Of a stretch of 64,000 bases of DNA, positions 1 through 9,487 are shown piece by piece. The stretch is from Oligoflexia bacterium (GTDB taxonomy: Bacteria; Bdellovibrionota; UBA1018): contig CAIRTR010000126.1 of assembly GCA_903881565.1 (NCBI GenBank), positions 15,385 to 79,384 of the forward strand, given 5' to 3'. The number at the start of each line of letters is the position of its first letter. The stretch's first letter is position 1. Both the position numbers and the translations under genes were made by a program. The notes below the pieces were generated by a model. It searched no databases and had not been told where the DNA came from. It was given only the letters and a program-made list of their open reading frames with translations.

Positions 1-349
1 TAAGATTCTCGCTGCCTTCAATGTAGCGAGCCGTTCCATGGCCTTTAGGCTCTTTTCGTACGATGAACGCAGGCCAAAACAAGCCCCTTTTACGGGCCTC
101 TAGCGAGAGCGCGGTGGCCAGCGGATCTGCACCCAGTGTAAGGCCTCCGACGCCGTCCAATTGCATTTCCTTTTCTAAAATAAGGTCACAGGCGACCTCC
201 GCAATCAAAGCGGCGCCATCCGGATGTAACGTCGTGGCCTTTAGATCGATGTAGAGCGAGCTCTTTTGTCCTGAGGACAAAACAAAATCACCCTCATGAT
301 AACTCAATTTGCGAATTAAACTTGCGAGCTTTTGTGTTTTTGAATCCAT
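1..349 (-). CDS. pyrE: Orotate phosphoribosyltransferase, N-terminal 116 codons. The gene runs off the window edge and is not in the ORF track because no stop lies inside the window.
   Basis: Minus-strand translation from the ATG at 349 gives MDSKTQKLASLIRKLSYHEGDFVLSSGQKSSLYIDLKATTLHPDG...GLFWPAFIVRKEPKGHG. This matches the PyrE N-terminus (FGEFTLKSGRKSPYFFN...) and the PRPP-binding region. The start overlaps the 3' end of the upstream hydrolase gene by about 34 nt. Confidence 0.6.
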   Translation of the reverse strand, partial: MDSKTQKLASLIRKLSYHEGDFVLSSGQKSSLYIDLKATTLHPDGAALIAEVACDLILEKEMQLDGVGGLTLGADPLATALSLEARKRGLFWPAFIVRKEPKGHGTARYIEGSENL

Positions 350-1290
350 ACTTTCAAATCCTCAAATGCGAGCTCTTTACCGATTTCGTTAAAAGGCTCG
401 TGATAAAATCCTGGAAGTTGCTTAAGCATCTTGTCTTCCTGCTCAAGTGCTTTGAAAAAATCGATCGCCTTCTCTGAGTCAACGATCTTGTCCTCCATTG
501 AAACGAGGACTAAAAGCGGATATTTAAATCCCGTCTTACGAGCGGCCGTATCGGCAAGCGCCTTGCGCATTTCGGCAAACATCTTGGGCGTCACTTTGCG
601 GTGAACGAGCCGATCAGAGGTGTAGGCCTCGGCCACGGCCGGATCATGGGACAATTGTTGCGGATCCACTTCAGAGGTAAAATGCACGCGACCCCAAATA
701 TGCGAAAGCGCAAGGGCCACCGTCTTCTTGATAAAAGGAACCTGCACTTTCATCCCAATCAAGGGCGAGGAAACCGCAGCAGAGCAAATCGGAAGCTCGG
801 GATTGTTAAACAAGGTCCGGAGCACCACCAGCCCCCCCATGCTATGGCCTAAAATGTGAATCTCGGAGCGACCAAAACGCCGCTTAAGGCTATCATCCAA
901 ACGCTTCACCGTAAGCGCCACGTCTTCAACATACTGATCAAAGCGATCCACATGCCCCCTCAAGCCTTCGCTGCGACCATGGCCTCTTAAATCCAAGGTG
1001 CAAACGGCATCCACGGCAGTGGACAGGTAATGAGGAAAGTGGAGGTAGCGTCCTCCGTGTTCACCAATTCCGTGTACGATGAGCAGAATGCGGCCCGAAC
1101 TCCACTGCTCGGGATGATGGGTGACCGAAAAAAGTTGAACGTCTCCATCTTGAGAAGGAAAAGTTTCCCATTCCGTGACCCAACCTTTTGGAAGTCCCGG
1201 AAAACCTTCAGGGCGAACCGCTCCTAGATCAGCACCGTTTTGGTGTTTATCAGAGACAAGGTGACGAGGTGCTGTTTGTTTTGGGGGCAT
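316..1290 (-). CDS. alpha/beta hydrolase of the lysophospholipase / monoacylglycerol-lipase type
   Basis: 324 aa. Carries the HGxGEHxGRY oxyanion motif and the GHSMGG nucleophile elbow typical of the Hydrolase_4 family. Confidence 0.75.
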   Translation of the reverse strand: MPPKQTAPRHLVSDKHQNGADLGAVRPEGFPGLPKGWVTEWETFPSQDGDVQLFSVTHHPEQWSSGRILLIVHGIGEHGGRYLHFPHYLSTAVDAVCTLDLRGHGRSEGLRGHVDRFDQYVEDVALTVKRLDDSLKRRFGRSEIHILGHSMGGLVVLRTLFNNPELPICSAAVSSPLIGMKVQVPFIKKTVALALSHIWGRVHFTSEVDPQQLSHDPAVAEAYTSDRLVHRKVTPKMFAEMRKALADTAARKTGFKYPLLVLVSMEDKIVDSEKAIDFFKALEQEDKMLKQLPGFYHEPFNEIGKELAFEDLKVWIQKHKSSQV

Positions 1291-1317
1291 GTAAAGGGAT
1301 CTCCTTATATTTTTTCT

Positions 1318-2295
1318 TTAAATTTTCTCGATGTGCGCAATATACGCTTCAATCGATTTTCGCGCTTCATCTGAAAGTTTTTTGAACCGGCAACTGAAGC
1401 CCCACTTGTCTTCAAGCACTCTGACAATCTCTGCTTCAGCAACAAACGGCGAAATGCTCGCGCCCCCAGTCGCTCCCGCAGGCGCGCCTGCGACACTCAC
1501 GTTGAGTCTGACCCTTGCCCCCACGGGGCCCGGAAGGTGATCCGAGAGCACCTGCATTCCGCCCACACTCACGTCACGACAGATTCCGGGGGCTAGCATC
1601 ACACCGTTGGTCATCAAGACTCGAGCAACGAGGGGGCGGCGGGGCGCGCCCCTTCGTTCGTCTGACTTGGCATCTGACTTGGCATCTGACTTGGCCTCGG
1701 GCTTGGCTGCCAGTTTTTCCACGGGCTGAACGGCGGCCATTTTCAATTTCGGAAAAGCAGGTGCGCCTGAAGGCGCGGGTTTGGCAAACGGAGGCGGGGC
1801 AATCGTCTTCGCTGCCGCCGGTGCCCCAAAATCTGCCACGTCTTCCAAACGCTGCCAATCGCTCAAACCATCTCGCCACACATGGACGCGAGGATGAATC
1901 TTCTTAATCGACAAAAGCCGCATCACTTCTGCGTGTGAAAACGGCCCAAACTGAGAGTCGTTATAGAACAAAAACCAATTCGCAGTTTCCTCGGCTTCTT
2001 CGCTATGAGCTCGCGGTGGCGGAGGGGCCGCGCGAGGGGGGGCCTTCTTGACTTCAGGTCGAGACGCTTTTTTGATTTCTACCTGCACTTCTTTGGTGGG
2101 TTCCTCAGGCATCGCCACCTTGAACGCGGGCAGATCACAGATCCGCTTCCACGCCGGTTGGCCTTGCTTCCAAATGTAGTGAGCCAGGGTGATTTCGTTG
2201 GACTCGATTTTTTCGATGACTTCGGTCATCCGCAGCGGCCCAATCCAACGCTCACCTTGTGCGATATACCACTGTGGCTTTTCAGAATTTTCCAT
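1318..2295 (-). CDS. c-di-GMP-binding PilZ-domain protein with two N-terminal GYF-like (DUF4339) domains
   Basis: 325 aa. Two WY...G..GP...E domains with the DUF4339 signature. The C-terminus has RRxxxR followed by DVSVGGMQV, the classic PilZ motifs. A central A/K/P-rich linker contains (AKSD)n repeats. Confidence 0.7.
   Translation of the reverse strand: MENSEKPQWYIAQGERWIGPLRMTEVIEKIESNEITLAHYIWKQGQPAWKRICDLPAFKVAMPEEPTKEVQVEIKKASRPEVKKAPPRAAPPPPRAHSEEAEETANWFLFYNDSQFGPFSHAEVMRLLSIKKIHPRVHVWRDGLSDWQRLEDVADFGAPAAAKTIAPPPFAKPAPSGAPAFPKLKMAAVQPVEKLAAKPEAKSDAKSDAKSDERRGAPRRPLVARVLMTNGVMLAPGICRDVSVGGMQVLSDHLPGPVGARVRLNVSVAGAPAGATGGASISPFVAEAEIVRVLEDKWGFSCRFKKLSDEARKSIEAYIAHIEKI
1659..1706. repeat. 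Tandem 12-bp repeat, about 3.5 copies of CATCTGACTTGG, inside the PilZ gene
   Basis: cgtctgacttgg / catctgacttgg / catctgacttgg / cctcgggcttgg, visible directly in the sequence. It encodes AKSDAKSDAKSD on the minus strand. Confidence 0.8.
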
Positions 2296-2497
2296 ATAAA
2301 ATCAGTGTACGAGGAACATGCCGTTCACACCAGACCCCTGTCAAAGAAATTGACATTTGATCGCTTCTCAAACGCATTCGCACCAGACCCAAAAACATCA
2401 CCAAACACAACCGCTTGTTTTATAAGGACTTTATCAATTGCCGGCCCCCGTGAACTTTGGCACTTTGCTTGCGATACAAGAGTTCAGGATGGCCTAT

Positions 2498-3694
2498 ATG
2501 ATTAAGACAATGAGCAAGGAACTACTGTGTGGAGTGATGGCGCTAGCCGCGACTGCGGGCTGCGGCAAACAAGCGTTTGTCGTCACCTCGAATGTCGAAA
2601 GTCAAAAAGCTCCCGGATTCTTCACGATCGCCCCTAAAGTCGACTTCCTCCTTATTGAAGATGATACGGGTTCAATGCACGAGCCTTTAGCCAATATTCA
2701 AGCCGAAATGCCCCCTTTCCTTAGTGGTCTCGAAGCCAAGGGCTGGAACACCCATTTTGCAACGATCCCTTTGACCACCCCCCGCGCAATCTCTGAAGTC
2801 ATAGCCTCCAAACATGATGGCAACTGGGGTTCGGCGTGGACGAGTCCTTATCCAGGATCTACGATGAGCGATCCAGGAACCCTGCTGGCGTCTGTGTTTC
2901 GCACCGTCGACCAATACGACCAATTTATTACGCAAAAAACGATCACGGCAAACTCAGGCGAAGAAGCGGCGTTTGAGAACATTGCGACAAGCCTGAAAGA
3001 CTCATCCCTGACCCATACAGGGTTTTTAAGAGACGACGCCCTCCTCGTCATGATCGTCCTTGGTAATGGAGACGACACCTCTAAGGTCAAGATGTGCACT
3101 CGCAGCGATGGGTTCAAGGGCCCTTGTGAATACGTGGGCTTTCCGGAGCAAGGAACTCTTCAATCAAGCTTTGATGAATACAAGGCGAAGTTCGCCCAGG
3201 CTAAACCGTCGGCAGATCAGCTCAAATTCTTTTCCATTGTTTCAGCCAACCGAAGCACGACTTGCGCAGGCGGTAATGCCTACCCAGGCCTTCGCTACAT
3301 GCAAATGGCTAAAGAGCTAGGTGGCGCAAGTTACGACGTATGCACAGTGCCGATGAAAGCGATTTTGCAATCCTTGGCTTCTCAGCTTCAAGTCGCAAAG
3401 TATGCCTACAGAACACGTTACTTGCTCTTAGCAAGTGAGCCCAATCCCGCGACCATTGAAGTGACGAAAAACATTGCAGGTGAAACGAGCAACTCGATGG
3501 TCATCGCACAAGACGCTACAAATGGTTGGACCTACAAGGGCCAGATTGTGAGTGAAGCAACGATCGATTCACCGATTTTGATGAACGAAGCCTCAGGCTT
3601 TGCGGTTGAGCTTCACGGCGCTGCGAAGTTGCACGGTGATGACACGGCAACAGTGACATTTAAGCCTGCGGGAGCCGAGAATTCAGCGAAGTAA
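2498..3694 (+). CDS. hypothetical lipoprotein with a possible vWA-like fold
   Basis: The ORF-track ORF begins at 2438. An internal ATG at 2498 has AGGA 7 nt upstream. A signal peptide with a lipobox (LAATAGCG) follows. A DDTGSM motif resembles the vWA MIDAS motif (DxSxS). No confident family assignment. Confidence 0.5.
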   Translation: MIKTMSKELLCGVMALAATAGCGKQAFVVTSNVESQKAPGFFTIAPKVDFLLIEDDTGSMHEPLANIQAEMPPFLSGLEAKGWNTHFATIPLTTPRAISEVIASKHDGNWGSAWTSPYPGSTMSDPGTLLASVFRTVDQYDQFITQKTITANSGEEAAFENIATSLKDSSLTHTGFLRDDALLVMIVLGNGDDTSKVKMCTRSDGFKGPCEYVGFPEQGTLQSSFDEYKAKFAQAKPSADQLKFFSIVSANRSTTCAGGNAYPGLRYMQMAKELGGASYDVCTVPMKAILQSLASQLQVAKYAYRTRYLLLASEPNPATIEVTKNIAGETSNSMVIAQDATNGWTYKGQIVSEATIDSPILMNEASGFAVELHGAAKLHGDDTATVTFKPAGAENSAK

Positions 3695-3813
3695 TCCGCG
3701 ACCTGGACGCGCGAGATACCCGAGCAAACCCTTGCGCTTATCTCGCCGCAACCAACTTTTTTACTCAGGCAACATGCTCAACAAACGCGCGCCTCAAAGC
3801 CACTCGTTAATAA

Positions 3814-3851
3814 GTGGAATAGAGTGGAATTCGATTTCCACCCTATTCCAC
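3814..3851. terminator. Strong inverted repeat (16-bp arms, 6-nt loop) between two convergent genes. Possibly a bidirectional terminator or a protein-binding site.
   Basis: gtggaatagagtggaa-ttcgat-ttccaccctattccac with one mismatch in the arms. There is no U-tract, so intrinsic-terminator function is uncertain. Confidence 0.3.
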
Positions 3852-3892
3852 CCAATGCCTAACGAAACTTGACCCCGCCCCAAACCCCCGAG

Positions 3893-4549
3893 CTAAAACT
3901 TCATTTCAGGTACATCCGCCGGAATAATCAACTTCGCAGCCGTGGCTTTGCGAATATCCTCTGACGATACGCCCGGCGCGCGCTCACGCAACACAAGGCC
4001 ATCCGAAGTGACTTCGATCACAGCCAATTCACTCACAATCTTCTTCACCACACCCACGCCGGTCAAAGGCAGAGAGCAAGCTGGCAATACCTTGCTTGAT
4101 CCGTCTTTAGCGACGTGTTGCATGGCCACGATGACGTTCTTGGCGCCTGCGACCAGATCCATCGCGCCGCCCATTCCTTTGACGACCTTACCAGGAATCA
4201 TCCAATTAGCGATGCTCCCCTTTTCATCCACTTCCATCGCGCCCAATACGGTAAGATCTACATGACCGCCGCGGATCATCGCAAACGAGTCAGCGCTTGA
4301 AAAATAAGAAGCGCCCGCCATCGTCGTCACCGTTTCTTTCCCGGCGTTAATGAGGTCCGCATCGATTTCATCTTCCGAAGGATAGGGCCCAATTCCCAAA
4401 AGCCCGTTCTCACTTTGCAAAATGACGGTCATCCCTTTAGGAATATAATTCGCAACGAGCGTCGGAATCCCAATCCCCAAATTCACGTAATAGCCGTCTT
4501 TAAGTTCCTGCGCGATTCGCATCGCAATTTGTTCACGAGTAAGTGCCAT
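3893..4549 (-). CDS. scoB: 3-oxoacid CoA-transferase subunit B
   Basis: 218 aa. Full-length similarity to the ScoB/AtoA family (NLGIGIPT...SENGLLG...[15 protein letters not shown]). Confidence 0.85.
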   Translation of the reverse strand: MALTREQIAMRIAQELKDGYYVNLGIGIPTLVANYIPKGMTVILQSENGLLGIGPYPSEDEIDADLINAGKETVTTMAGASYFSSADSFAMIRGGHVDLTVLGAMEVDEKGSIANWMIPGKVVKGMGGAMDLVAGAKNVIVAMQHVAKDGSSKVLPACSLPLTGVGVVKKIVSELAVIEVTSDGLVLRERAPGVSSEDIRKATAAKLIIPADVPEMKF

Positions 4550-4564
4550 GATAATTTCTCCCCC

Positions 4565-5260
4565 TCACGCCTTGCGAGTCACGCGTTTTTCGATACGCTT
4601 TTGATAGCCGGAGCCTTGAAAAATACGCTTCACGTAAATTCCAGGCACATGTACCAAGTCTGGATCCAGTTCACCCGCAGGCACCAAGTGCTCAACTTCC
4701 GCAATCGTCACACGCCCTGCAACCGCAACCAAGGGGTTGAAGTTACGCGCGGTTTTTCGGAAAACCAAGTTTCCCATCGTGTCGCCCTTCCAGGCCTTTA
4801 CGATTGAGAAATCCGCTTTGAGCGCCTTTTCCATGATGTATTTTCGGCCATCAAACTCGCGGCACTCTTTGCCTTCAGCAATCAGCGTCCCAACCCCAGT
4901 CGGTGTAAAGAAGGCCGGAATCCCCGCCCCGCCCGCGCGCAGCCGTTCGGCCAGTGTGCCTTGAGGGGTCAACTCCACTTCAAGCCGACCCGACAAAACG
5001 AGGGATTCAAACAATTTATTCTCACCCACATAACTTGAGATCATCTTCTTGACCTGGCCTGCTTGCAGCATGAGTCCAATCCCGAAATCATCTACGCCAG
5101 CGTTGTTGGAGATACAGGTCAAATTCTTCACACCCTTTGCCACCAACGCAGTAATGCAGTCTTCCGGAATCCCGCACAACCCAAATCCCCCAAGCGCAAT
5201 TAGCGCGCCATCAGGGATATCCCTTACTGCTTCGGCAGCATTTTTTACGAGTTTATTCAT
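4565..5260 (-). CDS. scoA: 3-oxoacid CoA-transferase subunit A
   Basis: The ORF-track ORF runs to 5437. The family N-terminus MNKLVKNAAEAVRDIPDGA starts at the ATG at 5260, with GGAG upstream. The rest is ScoA/AtoD-like (GGFGLCGIPE). Confidence 0.8.
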   Translation of the reverse strand: MNKLVKNAAEAVRDIPDGALIALGGFGLCGIPEDCITALVAKGVKNLTCISNNAGVDDFGIGLMLQAGQVKKMISSYVGENKLFESLVLSGRLEVELTPQGTLAERLRAGGAGIPAFFTPTGVGTLIAEGKECREFDGRKYIMEKALKADFSIVKAWKGDTMGNLVFRKTARNFNPLVAVAGRVTIAEVEHLVPAGELDPDLVHVPGIYVKRIFQGSGYQKRIEKRVTRKA

Positions 5261-5274
5261 GATGCACTCCCCAA

Positions 5275-6462
5275 TTAAAGGCGTTCCAAACAGATCGCTG
5301 TGGCTTCGCCGCCACCGATGCAAATTCCGGCCATGCCCTTTTTCACATTGCGATCCTTCATCGCGGACAACAATGTAATCAAGATACGTGCGCCGCTGGC
5401 GCCGATCGGATGGCCCAACGAGATCGCGCCACCCCAAACATTCAATTTGTCAGAAGGCAACTCAAGCTCGCGCTGTGCCGCAAGCGCCACCACTGCAAAC
5501 GCTTCGTTCACTTCAAAAAGGTCCACATCCTTCATTGTCCAGCCGGCCTTCGCTACGGCGCTCTTCATCGCCTGTGCAGGAGCCGTTGTGAACCAGACTG
5601 GATCTTGTGCATGCCATCCCGTGCTCACCACACGTGCCAAAGGTTTCAAACCAAGCGCACGCGCCTTCTCGCCTGACATCAACACCAAAGCTGCCGCGCC
5701 GTCATTAATGGTCGAAGCATTGGCAGCCGTCACGGTGCCGGTTTTATCAAACGCTGGTTTCAAACTAGGAATCTTATCCAACTGGCCCTTCATCGGGCCT
5801 TCATCAAGCTCCACACGTATGATATCGCCTTTTTTGCCCGCGATTTCGACAACGGCGATTTCGTCTTTAAATTTCCCGGCTTTTTGCGCTTCTTGGGAGC
5901 GCTTGAAACTTTGAATGGCGTAATCGTCCTGCTCCTTACGCGTGAAGTTCTTTTCACGAGCGCAAAGCTCCGCGCAATTGCCCATGTGTTGATTGTTGTA
6001 CGGATCCCACAACCCGTCGTTGATCATGGAGTCCACCATATTTTGGTGACCCATGCGGAACCCGTTTCGTGCGCCCTGCAAAAGGTAAGGAGAGTTACTC
6101 ATGCTCTCCATGCCGCCGGCCACGACGACGTCGCTATCGCCGCACAGAATGGATTGGGTGGCGAGCATCACGGCTTTCATTCCACTGCCGCAAACTTTAT
6201 TAATGGTGAGAGCGGGAGTGGCTTTTGAAATCCCGGCGTAAATAGCCGCTTGTCTTGCCGGAGCCTGCCCCACGCCCGCGGTCAACACGTTGCCCATGAT
6301 CACTTCAGAAACCTGATCCACACCGACGCCAGCGCGCTTAAGGGCCGCTTCAATGGCCACGGCGCCAAGTTTAGGTGCGCTCAAAGCAGCCAGTGCGCCT
6401 TGAAAACTTCCGATAGGGGTACGAGCAAATCCTACGATCACGACTTCTTTGTGTTGCGACAT
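5275..6462 (-). CDS. acetyl-CoA C-acetyltransferase (thiolase II)
   Basis: 395 aa. Thiolase signatures are present (VVIVGFARTPIGSF, active-site Cys region VNKVCGSGMKAV, C-terminal GGGEATAICLERL). Confidence 0.9.
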   Translation of the reverse strand: MSQHKEVVIVGFARTPIGSFQGALAALSAPKLGAVAIEAALKRAGVGVDQVSEVIMGNVLTAGVGQAPARQAAIYAGISKATPALTINKVCGSGMKAVMLATQSILCGDSDVVVAGGMESMSNSPYLLQGARNGFRMGHQNMVDSMINDGLWDPYNNQHMGNCAELCAREKNFTRKEQDDYAIQSFKRSQEAQKAGKFKDEIAVVEIAGKKGDIIRVELDEGPMKGQLDKIPSLKPAFDKTGTVTAANASTINDGAAALVLMSGEKARALGLKPLARVVSTGWHAQDPVWFTTAPAQAMKSAVAKAGWTMKDVDLFEVNEAFAVVALAAQRELELPSDKLNVWGGAISLGHPIGASGARILITLLSAMKDRNVKKGMAGICIGGGEATAICLERL

Positions 6463-6545
6463 TCGGGGTCTCCCTGATTTAGAGTTAAAAAAACTTTAAT
6501 GAGCAGGAACTTGAAACAATTCCCGCAACAGATTAATAACTCCCT

Positions 6546-7664
6546 ATGTTGACCTTCGCTACAAGAAACATTAAAAAGTGGATCCCAACCTCGCTCGCGC
6601 TCACGATGGGTTTTGCCGGGGCGCTCCAAAATACGCCCGCAGTGTACGCCGCGCCCCCTCCTCCGGCCCAACTCCCTGATTTGGTCGAAAAAATCCTACC
6701 CGGCGTAGTTAACGTGAGCTCAACGACGATCATGAGTACCCGGGCATACGGGATGGATGACTTCATGCGCTACTGGGGAATCCCTCAAGAACGCAAGCAA
6801 ACATCCCTTGGCACTGGCTTTATTATCGATAAAGACGGCTATATCCTGACGAACAATCACGTCGTCGCCCACGCCACCGAAGTGCTGGTGACCCTGCTCG
6901 ATAAACGCCAGTTTCGGGCGAAAATCATTGGCAAAGACGAAAAGATGGATGTTGCCCTATTGCAAATTCGAGACAAACTCAAACAGGTCCCTGCGGATCT
7001 AAGCCCCGTGCCGCTTGGCGATTCAGAAGCGGTAAGAATTGCGGAATCCGTTTTTGCCGTCGGCAACCCGTTTGGCCTTCAGCACACCGTAACACTGGGG
7101 ATCATCAGCGCGAAGAATCGAACCATTGGACAAGGACCGTTTGATAATTTCCTTCAAACCGACGCTTCGATCAATCCCGGCAACAGCGGCGGCCCCTTAT
7201 TTAATATCCGTGGAGAAGTCATCGGAATCAACACCGTCATCTTCTCAAAGACAGGTCAAAGTGGCGGCTTAGGATTTGCGATCCCCGTAAACGAAGCCAA
7301 AAGCCTGATCCCGGATCTCAAACGCTATGGGCGTGTGCCCAGGCCTTGGATTGGCGTGCTTGCGGAGCGCATGAGCCCCCAGCTTCAACAGTATTATAAC
7401 CTGCCCACCGATACCGGCGTGCTCCTCTATAACTTGATTGAAGGCGGCCCCGCAGACCAAGCCGGCATCAGGCAGGGCGACATTGTAACCGCTGTAGACG
7501 GCACGCTGACAAAAGAGCCCAACGAAGTGGAACGCGCCTTGGTCAAGCATAAGCCCACCGAAACAGCCGTTTTGAAGATCCAGCGCGGCAGAAAAACCCT
7601 AGAAATCAAAATAAAACTTGAAGAACTTCCCAAATTGGAGAATCTCCCTCCTGGTATTCTTTAA
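6546..7664 (+). CDS. periplasmic serine endoprotease of the DegP/HtrA family (trypsin-like domain plus PDZ)
   Basis: 372 aa with a signal peptide. Catalytic motifs TNNHVV and GNSGGPL are present, followed by a C-terminal PDZ region. Confidence 0.85.
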   Translation: MLTFATRNIKKWIPTSLALTMGFAGALQNTPAVYAAPPPPAQLPDLVEKILPGVVNVSSTTIMSTRAYGMDDFMRYWGIPQERKQTSLGTGFIIDKDGYILTNNHVVAHATEVLVTLLDKRQFRAKIIGKDEKMDVALLQIRDKLKQVPADLSPVPLGDSEAVRIAESVFAVGNPFGLQHTVTLGIISAKNRTIGQGPFDNFLQTDASINPGNSGGPLFNIRGEVIGINTVIFSKTGQSGGLGFAIPVNEAKSLIPDLKRYGRVPRPWIGVLAERMSPQLQQYYNLPTDTGVLLYNLIEGGPADQAGIRQGDIVTAVDGTLTKEPNEVERALVKHKPTETAVLKIQRGRKTLEIKIKLEELPKLENLPPGIL

Positions 7665-7679
7665 CGAAAGGTCACTGCC

Positions 7680-8273
7680 ATGGAACGACGCCACCGAACC
7701 GTATCTAAAGCCAGTCCACTCCCCATCGATTTTCGCAAGATGGTTGCAGAGGTTTTCACGACCAACTTCGATGCAGGCCTAAAGCTGCTTCAGAAGATCA
7801 AAGCGGGAAAGCGCCACTTTGAAGTCCGCGGCGATATTTTTGCCGACGAAGTGATGCTCTGTATTTCTCTAGGAACTTCAGGCCACGTTTCCGCTACGAG
7901 CGTTTACGCGAGCTGCGATTTTGACCCTAAGGCGAGCGCGCCAAAAATTGAAGACGTCTTAGGCGCCTGTGTGGATGCGGTGGGCTCCGTTTATATGGAA
8001 CTCTTGGATCCTGAAAATCCCAAGCGCATTGAGCAGATCGCCCAAGAGTCTTTGGCGGCACTTCAGGACATTCCGTACGAGTGGACATCCATGAAAGTCG
8101 ATCGCCATAAAGTTTTTGTCCGAGTCGATAAAACCAATCCTGCGCTGGATGAGCTCGCGGATCAGTGGCTCAAAAAACACGACCCTAAACACAAGGATCT
8201 GGAAAAAGAAGAGCAAGAAGAGGTCGAATCCCTGTTTGTGACGGGACCGAAGGGCAAGAAACAGCTGCACTAG
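7680..8273 (+). CDS. hypothetical protein
   Basis: 197 aa, no recognisable motif. Acidic C-terminus. Confidence 0.4.
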   Translation: MERRHRTVSKASPLPIDFRKMVAEVFTTNFDAGLKLLQKIKAGKRHFEVRGDIFADEVMLCISLGTSGHVSATSVYASCDFDPKASAPKIEDVLGACVDAVGSVYMELLDPENPKRIEQIAQESLAALQDIPYEWTSMKVDRHKVFVRVDKTNPALDELADQWLKKHDPKHKDLEKEEQEEVESLFVTGPKGKKQLH

Positions 8274-8417
8274 AAAAAAACGCCGTTAAGTCCCAAAAAA
8301 AAACCCTCTAATGTACTTTATTGCCTATTAAAAAACAAAATGGGGCTGCAATTAGACATTAAAAATGACTCACTTCTAGAATTCGTTTCCAGAACCTCAT
8401 CGTTAGAAAACAAACAG

Positions 8418-8512
8418 AACCACTGCCAATCGACAAACCATGATTTACAGTGGTTTTGGAGTATACGACGAAAACCACTGCAAATCGCTAAATCGTGATT
8501 TGCAGTGGTTTT
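8418..8512. repeat. Two tandem copies of an approximately 40-bp hairpin element with core ACCACTGCAAATCG
   Basis: Copy 1 (8418-8456): aaccactgccaatcg...tgatttacagtggtt, an imperfect palindrome. Copy 2 (8471-8512): aaaaccactgcaaatc-gctaaatcgt-gatttgcagtggtttt, a 16-bp perfect stem. Both lie in the 400-bp intergenic region upstream of the PHP gene. Confidence 0.6.
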
Positions 8513-8620
8513 CATAAATGCTGCCATTCTAAGGACTCGCCCCGGTGAACCACCCCACCGAGAGGCGATAGAAGCGTATTTTTACAAGCTCATTCGATTT
8601 GAGTATCTTTTGGCCCTAAT

Positions 8621-8638
8621 CCTAACCCACTCCTGACA
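8621..8638 (+). promoter_or_regulatory. Candidate Pho box: 7-bp direct repeats with a 4-bp spacer (CCTAACC-cact-CCTGACA), 37-54 nt upstream of the PHP gene start
   Basis: The same 7-4-7 architecture and near-identical half-sites recur upstream of pstS and in the ppk/PAP2 divergent region. The E. coli Pho box has the same 7-4-7 layout (CTGTCAT-N4-CTGTCAT). Confidence 0.45.
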
Positions 8639-8674
8639 CACAAATCCCAAAATTTCCCCTAATCTCTAATAATC

Positions 8675-9487
8675 ATGAAGCAGCTGGTGCTTGGAGATTT
8701 TCACATCCATTCGACGTTCAGTGACGGCAAACTCACGATCCCTGAGATTGTCGACCTCTACGGTTCATTAGGTTTTGGCGCAATTGCAATCACGGACCAC
8801 CTCTGCGAAAGCCATTCGATGATCGGAAAAGCAGCCCGCTACATTGGCCACACGCTGACGCCTGCGAGCTTTCCTCTTTATATTGAAATCCTCAAATCCG
8901 AAGCCGACCGAGCCATGAAGCAATACCAGATGGTGGTCATCCCAGGAGTTGAGATCTCCAAGAACTCCATCTCCAATCACCGATCCGCCCACATTTTGGC
9001 GCTTGGAATCACGCAGTGGATTTCTGCCGACAAAGACGCTTTAGAGATTGTCCGAGAAATTAAATCCCTCGGCGGGCTATCCGTAGCCGCCCATCCTGTT
9101 TGGACTCGAAAACGTGAGAAACAATCCTATCACCTCTGGGACCGAAGAGAAGAACTTAAATCAGAGATCGACGCTTGGGAAGTCGCCAGTGGCCCCTACT
9201 TCTTTGATGAGGTTCTCCACAGTGGGCTTCCCATGATCGCAAGCAGCGATCTTCATCACAGAAATCAAATCACGTCTTGGAAATCCGTCCTTCATTGCAA
9301 GCGGACCCAAGCCGATGTGTTCATGGCAATCCGTAATCAGGAGCTGTCATTTCAATTCTATCAGGAGGTGAACAATGACTACCCTCGCTCTACTAATGCT
9401 CCTCATTTGGTTCGTAGCCCTAACTCTGACACTTTACGGAACAGCCCTCACAATCAGGGCGATGAATTGCCAACCCCCGCACCTTGA
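8675..9487 (+). CDS. PHP-domain (polymerase/histidinol-phosphatase-like) metal-dependent phosphoesterase
   Basis: 270 aa. N-terminal GDFHIHSTFSDG and ITDH motifs are typical of PHP. The 3' end overlaps the next gene by about 113 nt in another frame. Confidence 0.7.
   Translation: MKQLVLGDFHIHSTFSDGKLTIPEIVDLYGSLGFGAIAITDHLCESHSMIGKAARYIGHTLTPASFPLYIEILKSEADRAMKQYQMVVIPGVEISKNSISNHRSAHILALGITQWISADKDALEIVREIKSLGGLSVAAHPVWTRKREKQSYHLWDRREELKSEIDAWEVASGPYFFDEVLHSGLPMIASSDLHHRNQITSWKSVLHCKRTQADVFMAIRNQELSFQFYQEVNNDYPRSTNAPHLVRSPNSDTLRNSPHNQGDELPTPAP

Noticed and set aside
63-254. 63-aa plus-strand ORF at the window start
   Set aside because: It lies antisense to the well-supported PyrE coding frame (1-349, minus strand) and has no motif support.
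601-1385. Several 65-83 aa plus-strand ORFs inside the hydrolase gene
   Set aside because: They are antisense to a 324-aa ORF with clear alpha/beta-hydrolase motifs, are Arg/Pro-rich, and are typical of spurious frames in a GC-rich gene.
5300-6228. 204-aa and 114-aa plus-strand ORFs overlapping the thiolase gene
   Set aside because: The opposite strand encodes a full-length thiolase. These have Ala/Ser-rich composition and no homology.
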